Shown one piece after another: positions 47,131 through 57,011 of a DNA stretch of 64,000 nt. Position 1 is the first letter of the stretch. Every line of letters starts with the position of its first letter. The position numbers were made by a program, and so were the translations under genes. Source of the stretch: Terriglobia bacterium (GTDB taxonomy: Bacteria; Acidobacteriota; Terriglobia; 20CM-2-55-15); NCBI GenBank assembly GCA_965198225.1, contig CBDAOY010000009.1:544001-608000 (forward strand). Direction: 5' to 3'. Below the pieces are notes generated by a model that saw only the letters and a list, made by a program, of their open reading frames with translations, ran no database searches and was not told the DNA's origin.

Positions 47131-48351
47131 ATGAGCACTTCAAAGACTCTCCGCATTCTGATGTTCGGGTGTCTGCTGCTGGTGAGTTTCCATGAAACCG
47201 CAGCAGCCCAGGCAATCGATATCGGGAAAGTCACCTCAAACCTGGAGCGACACATCGAGCGCGAGATGATCGAGGGCCGGATTCCGTCCCTGAGCATTGC
47301 CTTGGTCGCTGGCGACCGAACCGTGTGGAGCAGCGCTTACGGCGATTCGAATCTCTGGGCTCACACGCCGGCCACGACGAGCACCGTCTACATGATCGGT
47401 TCGACCTTCAAGCCGATGGAGACCGTGGCACTCCTCCAGCTTGCGGAAAAGGGAGTGTTCAAACTCGACGATCGCGTTAACGATTACCTCGATGCATTCA
47501 AGATTCGGGGCGAGGATCCGTCGCAACCCATCACGTTCCGTCACCTGCTGACACATAGCTCCGGAATCCTGGGTCAGGCCGAAGCCGGTGCGTTTCCCGA
47601 CGCCATCGACGAGGTGACGAAGAACGTGATCCCATACTGGGACCGGCCTTTCCAGGCGTACCCCGTCTGGGGTTATGTCCTGCCGCCTCCGATGAAGGAG
47701 TACCTGGCGAAGAGTCTCAAAGTCACCCGCCCGCCGCTCGAGCGCGTGGAATACTCGCCCGTGGCATTCACCCTGGTCGCTTACCTCGCGGAGAAATTCT
47801 CCGGCATCCCCTTCATCCAGTACATCCAGGAAAACATCTTTGAGGCGCTCGACATGAACAGTACGTCGTTCATCCCGCGGGCCGACATGGACGAGCGTTT
47901 CGCCATTCCCTACGTCGTCGACCCGGACACCAACCATCACGTGGCGGTCAGCCGGGTGAGGATCTCCATCTGGCCCACCGGCCTGGTCTACGCCACGGCG
48001 CCGGACATGGCGAACTGGCTGATCCTGAACTTCAACGGTGGAGTCTTGAATGGCAGGAGGCTGATCGGACCCGAAGCCATGGCCGATGTGCACACGCGGC
48101 AGTACGAAAAGCTCGCCCGCACGAACCCACGGGGCGAGGTCACCGGCTACGGCCTCGGTTGGAACGTGTCCGACCGAGCCGGAGACCGCTACATCTCACA
48201 CGGCGGAAGCCTTCCCGGCGAATCCGCCTACGTCCTCGGGAACCTCACCCGTAAGCTCGGCGTCGTCATCCTGTCCAACGGGAACCGGGCCGGATCCCAT
48301 CTCCGGAGCATTGCCCAGAAGGCCATCGACCTGATGATGGAGGCAGAATAG
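47131..48351 (+). CDS. Beta-lactamase class C-like serine hydrolase
   Basis: Signal peptide, GSTFK (SxxK), HLLTHSSG, YSP, YGLGW and HGG motifs. Confidence 0.88.
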   Translation: MSTSKTLRILMFGCLLLVSFHETAAAQAIDIGKVTSNLERHIEREMIEGRIPSLSIALVAGDRTVWSSAYGDSNLWAHTPATTSTVYMIGSTFKPMETVALLQLAEKGVFKLDDRVNDYLDAFKIRGEDPSQPITFRHLLTHSSGILGQAEAGAFPDAIDEVTKNVIPYWDRPFQAYPVWGYVLPPPMKEYLAKSLKVTRPPLERVEYSPVAFTLVAYLAEKFSGIPFIQYIQENIFEALDMNSTSFIPRADMDERFAIPYVVDPDTNHHVAVSRVRISIWPTGLVYATAPDMANWLILNFNGGVLNGRRLIGPEAMADVHTRQYEKLARTNPRGEVTGYGLGWNVSDRAGDRYISHGGSLPGESAYVLGNLTRKLGVVILSNGNRAGSHLRSIAQKAIDLMMEAE

Positions 48352-48355
48352 TTGT

Positions 48356-48441
48356 CAGTTGTCGGTAGTCAGTTGGCGGAAAGTCACGAGTGACAGGTGA
48401 TGAGCAAGAGTATGGTTTTTTCAACTGACTACCGACTACTG
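48356..48441. repeat. Inverted repeat built from the TGACTAC/GTAGTCA heptamer family
   Basis: CAGTTGTCGGTAGTCAGTTG vs CAACTGACTACCGACTACTG (1 mismatch); related degenerate heptamers near 23081-23115. Confidence 0.75.
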
Positions 48442-48497
48442 AATACTGACTACTACTTTTCATTGACTCAGAACCCCAAACGGCCTATCTACTAACC

Positions 48498-49496
48498 ATG
48501 TTTCAATTCTTTCTGGTATTCGCCCTCTTCCAGACTCTTCCCCAAGTCCTTCCGAGCCCCAATGTTCGCGCTAGCGTGGGGGACGGCCTGCCCATAGTCG
48601 GACAATTGCACTTCGAGGAAGGGGCCGAACCGGCAATCGTCGACGTCGAGCTGCGGGACGTCGTTGCCTTCAGCATCCTGGACCGGGTGACATCGAACCC
48701 GGCCGGGGTATTCCGTTTCAACGACGTGCCCCTCGGACGCTACCAGGTGGTCATCGAAAGCCAGCGGTACCAGCGTGTTCAGCAGATGCTCGCCGTCGAC
48801 ACCAAGACCTTCGCGATGATCAGCATGGATATTTCGCTGTATCCGCGCCGCGTGGACGTCGACGAAGAGACTCTCGTCAGCTTGGAAGAACTACGCCGAA
48901 ACGTCTCGCGCGAGGCCATCGATGAATACGAGAAAGCCGTCGAAGAGCTTCAGAAGGAGAACCCCGACCGGGCGCTCGAGCGCCTCGAGCGGGCCCTGGA
49001 GATCGCCCCGGATTTCTACGAAGCCCATCTGCAGCTGGGTTTTATCCACCAACGGGAGGGCCGGCGCGCACAGGCCATTTCCTCGCTGGAGCGTGCCGCG
49101 GAATTGAACGGAGCCTCCCGAGAAGCCCGAACATGGTTGGGGCGACTCTATTTCGAAGCCGGGGAGTTCCAGAGGTCAGTCGCGGCTCTCTCCGAGCGCT
49201 TTGAGCTGGGTGCGCCCAGCGCCGATGATCATTTCTACATCGGCTCGTCCTACTACAGGGTGGGGAATCTGGCGGCCGCGGAGCAGAACCTGCTCCGAGC
49301 CGCCGAGATGGAATCAGAAAACTCCGGCCAGGCTCGCTTACAGCTCTTCAACGTCTACATCCGATCCGGGCGACCCCAGCAGGCGCTCGATCAACTCGAT
49401 TCATACCTGGAAGAGCTCCCCGACTCGCCCAATTACGACGCCATCAAGGAACGGGCCGATCAGATCCGCAGGGATCTGGGGCCAGGGAACCGGTAG
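48498..49496 (+). CDS. Secreted TPR protein with carboxypeptidase-regulatory-like N-domain
   Basis: GVFRFNDVPLGRYQV; TPR helices (ALEIAPDFYEAHLQLG). Confidence 0.8.
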   Translation: MFQFFLVFALFQTLPQVLPSPNVRASVGDGLPIVGQLHFEEGAEPAIVDVELRDVVAFSILDRVTSNPAGVFRFNDVPLGRYQVVIESQRYQRVQQMLAVDTKTFAMISMDISLYPRRVDVDEETLVSLEELRRNVSREAIDEYEKAVEELQKENPDRALERLERALEIAPDFYEAHLQLGFIHQREGRRAQAISSLERAAELNGASREARTWLGRLYFEAGEFQRSVAALSERFELGAPSADDHFYIGSSYYRVGNLAAAEQNLLRAAEMESENSGQARLQLFNVYIRSGRPQQALDQLDSYLEELPDSPNYDAIKERADQIRRDLGPGNR

Positions 49497-49628
49497 GGTT
49501 ACTCTCGCCTTCTGGAGTGTGTTAGCGCTTCGCGCGGGAGCTGTACTGCATGAGTCCGATTACCTTTTGCAACGCCAGGCAAAAGCTGTGGATCGCGGCG
49601 AGATCCACCGTCGCAACTCCAGATCTAG

Positions 49629-52516
49629 CTAGAATCGCCACCTTGCGCCCAGACGGAGCAACCGCGGCGACAGAATCGACGTCGGTTGCAGGTACCGCGA
49701 ACCATGGCGCTCCTGGATGCTGGTCACCGTGTTGGCGTTCATCACGTTGTCCAGATCGAGGACGGTTTCAATCGAGTGTTGATCGTTGATGTCGAACGTC
49801 TTCGAAATCCGCTGATCCCAGATCATCACGAAGGGCAGCCGGCCGATCTGCCTCTCCGGCTCGATGGTCACGAGGCTGCGCAGCGCATTGCGTATCCGCA
49901 CCTCCCGGTCGTACCAGTCCTGCGTCTGACCACGAAGCAACGTCGAAATCTTCAGGCCGTACGGCAGCGCGTACACGCCGTGGAGCTTCAGGACGCTGTC
50001 CCACTCAGAAACCTGCTGCGCGTTGACATACAACAGATCGTTCGGATTCTGGGCGTCGTTGGCCCGCTCCTTCCGGTAATTGGAGGTGTAGGAAAGCATA
50101 GCCCACCATCGGTCGGCCGGCCGCCTGCTGAACGTGAACTCGTACCCGGTGTAGGTGTCCTGCCCTTCAGCCCCGATTGACTGGACGACGTGCTTGAAAT
50201 CCGTTCCGAAGTTCGGATGGTTCCGCGGCACCGACCAGATCTGGACCATGCCGTCATCGACGGTCCCTGTAACGTTGTCTCGACCGGGGTCGATGCCGAA
50301 CACGACATCTGTGTAGGCTTCGTACGGTAGGAGAGGGTTGACGATCTTCTGTTGGCGTTTTGTCGGATCTTGCGAAAGATAGCCCACCATCGGTCGGCCG
50401 GCCGCCTGCTGAACGTTGAACCGGACACTGTAATCGACCGGCCGATGCCCTGTAACGTTGTCTCGACGGGGTCGATCGAACACCGACGGTGTGACGACTC
50501 GATCTTGCGGACCGGTGTAAATGGCGTCTTCAGGTCGTCCGCGAGGCTATTGAACATGGGACGTTCGGTGCCTCTGATGGAAATCAGCGCCCGCTGGTCC
50601 GGGGTGTAAGGGATCTCTCCGGCCCAGGCGGCTTCGTCGGGAACCGATGATGAACAGTTCCCGACTGCACAGTATCTTTTCTGGCCGCCGGTCGGTACAG
50701 GGTTGATGCTTCCCGCGCCCGCTCCCGGCAGGATGCCGGGTCCCGAGCCGCTGCCCGCGTACCGGCCGTAGCTGGTTTTCAGAGCAATCCGACCCTGACC
50801 GGTGACGTCATACACCAAAGAGAGCCGGGGCGACCAGGAGTTGTAGATCGGGAACTCCTCCGGCCCCCGGGCCGGACGAATTGCCTTCGTGGCAAACGGT
50901 CCGGTCCCGGGGTTCCCCTGCTCGGGGAGCCACGATGAGTACCGATCCCACCGGAATCCGAAGCTGAGGGTCAGGTTCCGTTTGAGGTTGATCCTGTCGG
51001 TGATGAACCACGCATCGTAGCTCTCTCCGTTCTTCACGAACGATGGATAGTCATAGACGAAGACCGAGTCCGGGTTCGAAAAGAGATCGTCCCCGAACCG
51101 CCTGCTACGGTACCGGTATACCTGCTGGTTCGTGTACCCGAAGATCTCCGTAGCGGTGCTGTAGCCCCATGAACCCGTATAGCCCGTCTTGACTTGGTGA
51201 GAAGTCCCGCCGATGTCCGTAAAAACGCTGTAGTTCGCATCCCACTGCCAGCGCACCGGACGTTCGGCCGACTCCAGGGCGCCGCCCCGGATCTGACCCG
51301 AGTCCCTCATCCGCACCGCATCCGTCCAGGCGTCGGAACGCCGCCAGTAGCCTCCACGTCGGATGGCCGCGTCAAACGTCATCGTCGGGCTAACCAGAAA
51401 CGTCCACTTCAACGTCGGGCCAACTGCCGACCAGGTGTCACGGTTCTGGGTCGCGGTCAGTGGCGTAAAAGCGCTTCCGCGACTGTAAGGCACCCAGCTT
51501 CGTCCGAACTGAGCAGCGGTCTCCAGCCTGTTGTTGTCGTTTACCTGCCAGGTGAGTTTCAAAGCGGGATCCTGCAGCCTGTTCAGGTAATCCTGAGGCT
51601 CGGCACCATTCCGATCATCCACGAAACCATCAAGAACGAGTGAATGGGACGCTTGTCGGTAGGACGCGAAAAACCAGGCCCGTTCCTTCAGGATCGGGCC
51701 CCCGATCTCGGCGGCGAAGTCGGTGTTCGTAAAATCGCGGTTGGGCCGGCCAGATATACCCTGGTCCAGCAGATCCTGGTCGACATTGTTTGACATAAAG
51801 CTGTCGTTGTCCCAGTCCGCGACAACGTTCCCATGAAAGTTGTTGCCGCCGGACTTTGTCACGAAGCTGATCGTCGCGCCCGGATTCGAAAACTCTGCGC
51901 TCTTCGCAGCCAGATTCACCCGCACCTGCTCAAACGATCCGTGGTCCGCCGCGAGCTGGCCCCACATCATTCCATCGACAAAAATCTGGTTGTCGCCGGG
52001 CCGGCCGTAGACCTCGCTACCGTCGGACATGCCGGGAATCATCGTGATCAAACCGGCAAGCCTGCGGCGGTAAGGGATCTCGTCGAACACTCGCCCGTCG
52101 AAGTTCACACCCACCGTTGCCTGTTCCAGGTCCAGCGCCGGCCCCTGGCTCAGCGAAGTGATAATTGCTGGCGCGGTCGTCGCTTCCAGGGTCCCGTTCA
52201 CCCTCGCGATCGCGCCGATCTTCACGCGGACGTCACGGATTTCCAGCGTCTTGAATCCCGGTAAGACGAGCGTCACGGTGAATGTGCCTCCGGGTAGCTC
52301 GGTGAACCGGTAGGCGCCCAGCAGGCTGGTCGTGATCGTCCGGGCGCCGCCGATCAGGGAAGGGCCGGCCAAACGGACTTTTACGCCAGCCAGCGACTCA
52401 CCCGAGTCGTCCATCGCCCGCCCCGTCACAGTACCCGTCGTTTGCGACAAGCTCGGCCCTGTCAGCGCCAGAACCAGCACTACCGAAGCCAGGAGATTTC
52501 GCGTCGAAAACTCCAT
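49629..52516 (-). pseudogene. Oar-like TonB-dependent receptor, frame-broken in a scrambled segment at about 50341-50520
   Basis: Carboxypeptidase-like N-domain, TKSGGNNFHG and IGGPILKERAWFF; C-terminal LGARWRF in a second frame. Confidence 0.85.
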
Positions 52517-52761
52517 TGAAATTCACTCAAGCTAGGGACCGAGATTTGCGCCCGGTCCGTTGATCCACACTCGTCGAGAGTATACCCGTCGTTGGACAGG
52601 AGGCCCGCACTCGAGTGGATCTGCGTCGTCTACAGGCTTTCATCGAAAGTCATCGGCGGGATCACGCGGGGAGTTCGTCTAGCGAGCATCGTATTGCCGG
52701 ACGCTAATGGATCGATCAGCAGAAAATTCGGTCTCCTCCGTCCCCGAATTCATAGGGAGGG

Positions 52762-54567
52762 CTATTGCGAGCCATCCGGGAGCGCCGTGCCTTCGATCGC
52801 TTCTTCACCGGCCTGCGCCTCGAGCCACTGACAGGCCTCATCCATACCGAGGTCGCATCCTTGCGTCATCAGTTCAGCAGCCCTGGCCATATCCTTCGTC
52901 ACGCCGTCGCCACGTTCGTACAGCAGGCCGAGGTCGGTGCAGCTGGTTGGATCGCCCATCGCGCAGGGTTCTTTGAACCCCTCCGCGGCTACTCCGTAAT
53001 CCACCGGGACGCCGGTTCCTGTCAGGTACAAACGGGCCTTCTCGCCGCAACCGACGACCCAACCCTGATCGCAGGCCAGGGTGAAAAGTTCCAGTGCGCC
53101 CATGTTGGGGAGAGGGCCGCGTTGGGGCAGCATGAGGAGGTAATCGGACAGCTTCGGGCTGCTCTGCAGCGCGCTCTCTCCTCCCGATTCGAGCATCGTG
53201 TAATTCTGGCATCCCGGTTCGAAGTTGAAGGCGCAGGCCCGTGCAAAGCTCTCTAGTGCACCCTCCCGGTTGTAGCCTGCCTCACCACTCAGTTGCATGA
53301 TGCCGAACTCGTTACAGGCCCACCCCGATCCTGCTCCGCAGTAGCCTGACTCGATGATCGCCAGCGTGTAGCAGCCGTTTTGCAGATCCTGGTCGCAGGC
53401 ATTCTTCCAGAACGGCAGGCTGTGTCCTTCGTGGGTGTCCCCGAACGCACCCATCACCGATGCGCTGACGAAGAAGGCAATCCAGAGGCCCATGTGCGCC
53501 AGGTTGAGCCGTCGCGGTACGATGAGCAGGCCATCTGTCTCCTGCGTCATACTGTCAAGGAAACGTGCCGCGAAACGATCGATGAGGCGCACGCTCATGT
53601 TCAGCAACGGGATCGCCAGCAGCTTGTCGTAGAAGGTCGGCACGCCGTAGGATCCCAGCAGCCAGTACAAACCCACGACGCTCAGCCCGTAGAACCCCCC
53701 GAAAATCACCTTGCCGAACGGCGTCCTGGGAGAGGTCGATGGATCCGTGACGAGCAGGTGCAGCCCCAGAAAGACCGCGATCGGGATTTCGGAGTCGATA
53801 AAGAAATAGACCCCGGTCAGTGACTGGTAGATCGCGCCCGCCGCAAACAGCGTGATGGCCGCCGTCGCCGTCACGAGCGTGATCGTGAAGAAGTACATGA
53901 CCACCAGGCCGAGCAGGAACAGAGCAATATAGATGTTCGGCGGGTAGTAGAGCGTCGTGGAGATCTCGATGCCCCAGGTCATCCCCGTCGTTCCGGTCAG
54001 CATCAGCACGATGGAGAACAGACCCAGCGAGAACGCGGACGGGTTGAAGATATGCGTGCTCCGGCCCTCCCTGTTCCATCGCACGAACTCCTTACCCATG
54101 AAGCCGACGGCGATCATCAGGAACTGCAGGTAGAACCACTCGTCGCGGAACCAGATGAACAGGTTTGCGCTCAAGATGATCGGGAACGGCCCGAAGCCCA
54201 GGATCCACTTGTCCCTGCGACTCCAGCACAGCAGAGAGTCGAAAGCGTAGGCGAAGACAATCTGCGCGGCGATCAAGGCCGCTTCGTCGTAGACCTCGCG
54301 CCAGTACCAGCCCCAGTACGCATAGACGGCGAGTTGGATCGACGCCTGGATGTAGTGGTGCTGCCGGGGAACGAACTCGAATTCCAGCCGCCGAGGGTCG
54401 CGGGTGGAAGTACGGTAGAGCCAGAACAGGAACACGAGCAAGCCGGCGCCGAAGCCCCAGAACGAGGCGCGAAGGGCGGGAACGTCCCGCAGATACAGCA
54501 GCGAGAAGGTGAGGAAAACGAGGCTTGCTGCCAGGGGAATGCGCAACGCAGGCTGGCGACTCAGCAT
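52762..54567 (-). CDS. RnfD/NqrB-like polytopic membrane protein with C-terminal Cys-rich Sel1-like repeats (paralog 2)
   Basis: HIFNPSAF and LLVTDPSTSP motifs; ACxxGxxxxCxxLGxxYxxGxGVxxD repeats. Confidence 0.75.
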   Translation of the reverse strand: MLSRQPALRIPLAASLVFLTFSLLYLRDVPALRASFWGFGAGLLVFLFWLYRTSTRDPRRLEFEFVPRQHHYIQASIQLAVYAYWGWYWREVYDEAALIAAQIVFAYAFDSLLCWSRRDKWILGFGPFPIILSANLFIWFRDEWFYLQFLMIAVGFMGKEFVRWNREGRSTHIFNPSAFSLGLFSIVLMLTGTTGMTWGIEISTTLYYPPNIYIALFLLGLVVMYFFTITLVTATAAITLFAAGAIYQSLTGVYFFIDSEIPIAVFLGLHLLVTDPSTSPRTPFGKVIFGGFYGLSVVGLYWLLGSYGVPTFYDKLLAIPLLNMSVRLIDRFAARFLDSMTQETDGLLIVPRRLNLAHMGLWIAFFVSASVMGAFGDTHEGHSLPFWKNACDQDLQNGCYTLAIIESGYCGAGSGWACNEFGIMQLSGEAGYNREGALESFARACAFNFEPGCQNYTMLESGGESALQSSPKLSDYLLMLPQRGPLPNMGALELFTLACDQGWVVGCGEKARLYLTGTGVPVDYGVAAEGFKEPCAMGDPTSCTDLGLLYERGDGVTKDMARAAELMTQGCDLGMDEACQWLEAQAGEEAIEGTALPDGSQ

Positions 54568-54583
54568 GGCGAGACCATCCTAC

Positions 54584-56413
54584 TCAAGGTCCCGAGCTGG
54601 CGGGAGGAGCCGGCGCTCCCGACCCGTCCGTCGGTCTTCGTTCTTCGAGCGTCGGGCTCTGCTTTTCGAGCCACGCGCAGGCTTCATCCATCTCCAAAGC
54701 GCACGCGCGCGTCATGAGTTCGAAGGCGCGGGCCGCGTCCCTATCGACTCCGTCGCCACGCTCATACATCAGGCCCAGGTCGGTACAACTGGTCGGATCT
54801 CCCATCCCGCACGCCACCTCGAACCCTTCAGCTGCCAGACGGTAGTCGAGGGGCACACCGGTTCCGGTCAGATGCACACGAGCCTGCTCTCCACAACCGA
54901 CGACCCACCCCTGGTCGCAGGCCAGCGTAAACAGTTCGAATGCGCCCATGTTGGGAAGAGGCCCGTGTCCATCCTGTAACAGGAGCAGATAGTCTGAAAT
55001 CTTGGGATTGCTGTGGATCCTCTTTTCCCCTCCCGACCTCAATGCCGAGTAGTTTTCGCATCCCGCTTCGTAGTTGAGGATGCAGGATTGGGCAAAGCTT
55101 TGAAGCGCCCCACGCCGGTTGAAGCCTATGACGCCGCTCAGGTCCAGGATTCCGAGCTCATTGCACGCCCAGCCCGAACCGGCGCCACACTGCGCGGCCT
55201 CGATGCCGGCGAGCGTGCGGCAGCCATGCCGTAGGTCCTGCTCACAGGCAGCCTGCCAGAATGGTATGTAGTGACCCTCATGCGTGGTGCCCAGCCGACC
55301 CATCGAGAACATTCCACCGAAGAACGCCATCCACAAGCTCATGTAAACGAGATTGAGGCGTGCCGGGTTCAGTTGACCGATTCTCCCGACGTGCAGGCCA
55401 TCCACCGTCGCGGAGGCGAGACGGTCGATCATCCTGACGCTCAGATTCAGCGCCGGCACCATCAGCAGCTTGTCGTAGAAAGTGGGAATGCCGACCCAAC
55501 CGAGACCCACGTACAGGACCAACACTCCAAGCCCGTACATCAGGCCAAAAACTGCCTTTCCGAACTTGCTTCTGGGCGAGGTCGAAGGGTCGGTCACGAG
55601 CAGGATCAGGCCGAGGAAAACCGCGGACGGGATGTCGGAATCGGTAAAAAAGTAGACGCCGGTATAGATCTTGTAGAGCTCGCCGAAGCCCAGCAGGGTG
55701 GCCGTGGCGGTTGCCGTTACAAGCGTGGTCGAGAAGAAAAACATCACGACCAGTCCCAGGAGAAAGAGGACGGGATAAATGTCGGGAGGGGTTTGCTGTG
55801 TGAGGGAGATCTCCACTCCCCAGGTCCTGTCTGTCGTTCCGGTCAGGATGAGCGCGAGAGAGAATACCGAAAGGGAGAAAGCCGACGGGTTGAAGATGTG
55901 CCGGCTCTGGCCGTCCCGGTTCCATCGGACGAACTCCTTACCCATGAAACCGACGGCGATCATCAGAAACTGCAGGTAGAACCAATCGTCGCGGAACCAG
56001 ATGAACAGGTTCGTGCTCAGGATGATCGGAAAGGGCCCGAAACCGAAAGCCCACTTGTCCCGGCGGCTCCAGCAGAGCATCGAATCGAAGGCATACGCGA
56101 ACACCACCTGCGCCAGGATGAGTGGAACATGGTCGTAGACGTCGCGCCAGTACAAACCCCAGTAGGCATAGAGGAGAATCTGGACCGCCCCCTGGATCCA
56201 GTGGTGCTTGAGCGGGGTGAATTCGAACGCCAGTCGGCGTCCTTCGCGTGTTGAGGTTCCGTGGAGCCAGTAGAGGAAAACCAGCAGGCCGACGCCGAAC
56301 CCCCAAAACGAGGCTCGCAGCGCGGGAATGTCCCTCAGATACAGGAGTGAAAAGGTGACGAAAAGTAGAGTCGCCGCGAGGGGTATGCGCAACGCTGGCT
56401 GGCGACTCAGCAT
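54584..56413 (-). CDS. RnfD/NqrB-like membrane protein with Sel1-like repeats (paralog 1)
   Basis: Same motifs; colinear with paralog 2 from the shared MLSRQPALRIPLAA start. Confidence 0.75.
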   Translation of the reverse strand: MLSRQPALRIPLAATLLFVTFSLLYLRDIPALRASFWGFGVGLLVFLYWLHGTSTREGRRLAFEFTPLKHHWIQGAVQILLYAYWGLYWRDVYDHVPLILAQVVFAYAFDSMLCWSRRDKWAFGFGPFPIILSTNLFIWFRDDWFYLQFLMIAVGFMGKEFVRWNRDGQSRHIFNPSAFSLSVFSLALILTGTTDRTWGVEISLTQQTPPDIYPVLFLLGLVVMFFFSTTLVTATATATLLGFGELYKIYTGVYFFTDSDIPSAVFLGLILLVTDPSTSPRSKFGKAVFGLMYGLGVLVLYVGLGWVGIPTFYDKLLMVPALNLSVRMIDRLASATVDGLHVGRIGQLNPARLNLVYMSLWMAFFGGMFSMGRLGTTHEGHYIPFWQAACEQDLRHGCRTLAGIEAAQCGAGSGWACNELGILDLSGVIGFNRRGALQSFAQSCILNYEAGCENYSALRSGGEKRIHSNPKISDYLLLLQDGHGPLPNMGAFELFTLACDQGWVVGCGEQARVHLTGTGVPLDYRLAAEGFEVACGMGDPTSCTDLGLMYERGDGVDRDAARAFELMTRACALEMDEACAWLEKQSPTLEERRPTDGSGAPAPPASSGP

Positions 56414-56423
56414 GGAGAAACTA

Positions 56424-57011
56424 TCCTAGCAGGAAATTCCTTTACACGGTCACACGGAGAAATCCAGCCACAGATTACAGGGACGACTTCAGCCAGACAG
56501 GTTTCTTCCTATCCGTGCAATCTGTGTAATCCGTGGCCTTATTCTTCTATCCGAGTAATCCCCAGCCAATCCGTGAAATCTCAAAAAAAAGGCGGCCCTA
56601 ATCCACAGGGCCGCCTTCTTCAAAGAACAGGCGATCTGTTGACCGCCCCTGGATGTTAGAACGTACAACTCTGAACTCGTCGTATCGGAAGAATCGGTCG
56701 ATTCTCCTCCGAAGACCCTCTCAAATCCCAATCAGTCCGAGTTCTTTGCGCTCTGCCGCGCAGACTCCTAGCAGGAAATTCCTTTACACGGTCACACGGA
56801 GAAATCCAGCCACAGATTACAGGGACGACTTCAGCCAGACAGGTTTCTTCCTATCCGTGCAATCTGTGTAATCCGTGGCCTTATTCTTCTATCCGAGTAA
56901 TCCCCAGCCAATCCGTGAAATCCGTGTTCAAAAAAAAGGCGGCCCTAATCCACAGGGCCGCCTTCTTCAAAGAACAGGCGATCTGTTGACCGCCCCTGGA
57001 TGTTAGAACGT
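56424..57011. repeat. About 240-bp direct repeat (56424-56664 and 56766-57011)
   Basis: Near-identical copies include the last codons and terminator of the receptor and ATCCGTG-type short repeats. Confidence 0.92.
56930..56967 (-). terminator. Rho-independent terminator of the receptor gene (duplicated at 56583-56620)
   Basis: AAGGCGGCCCT-gtggatt-AGGGCCGCC followed by a T8 run on the minus strand. Confidence 0.85.

Noticed and set aside
52762-56413. Rnf/Nqr respiratory complex
   Set aside because: No other subunits nearby and no clear FMN-attachment motif
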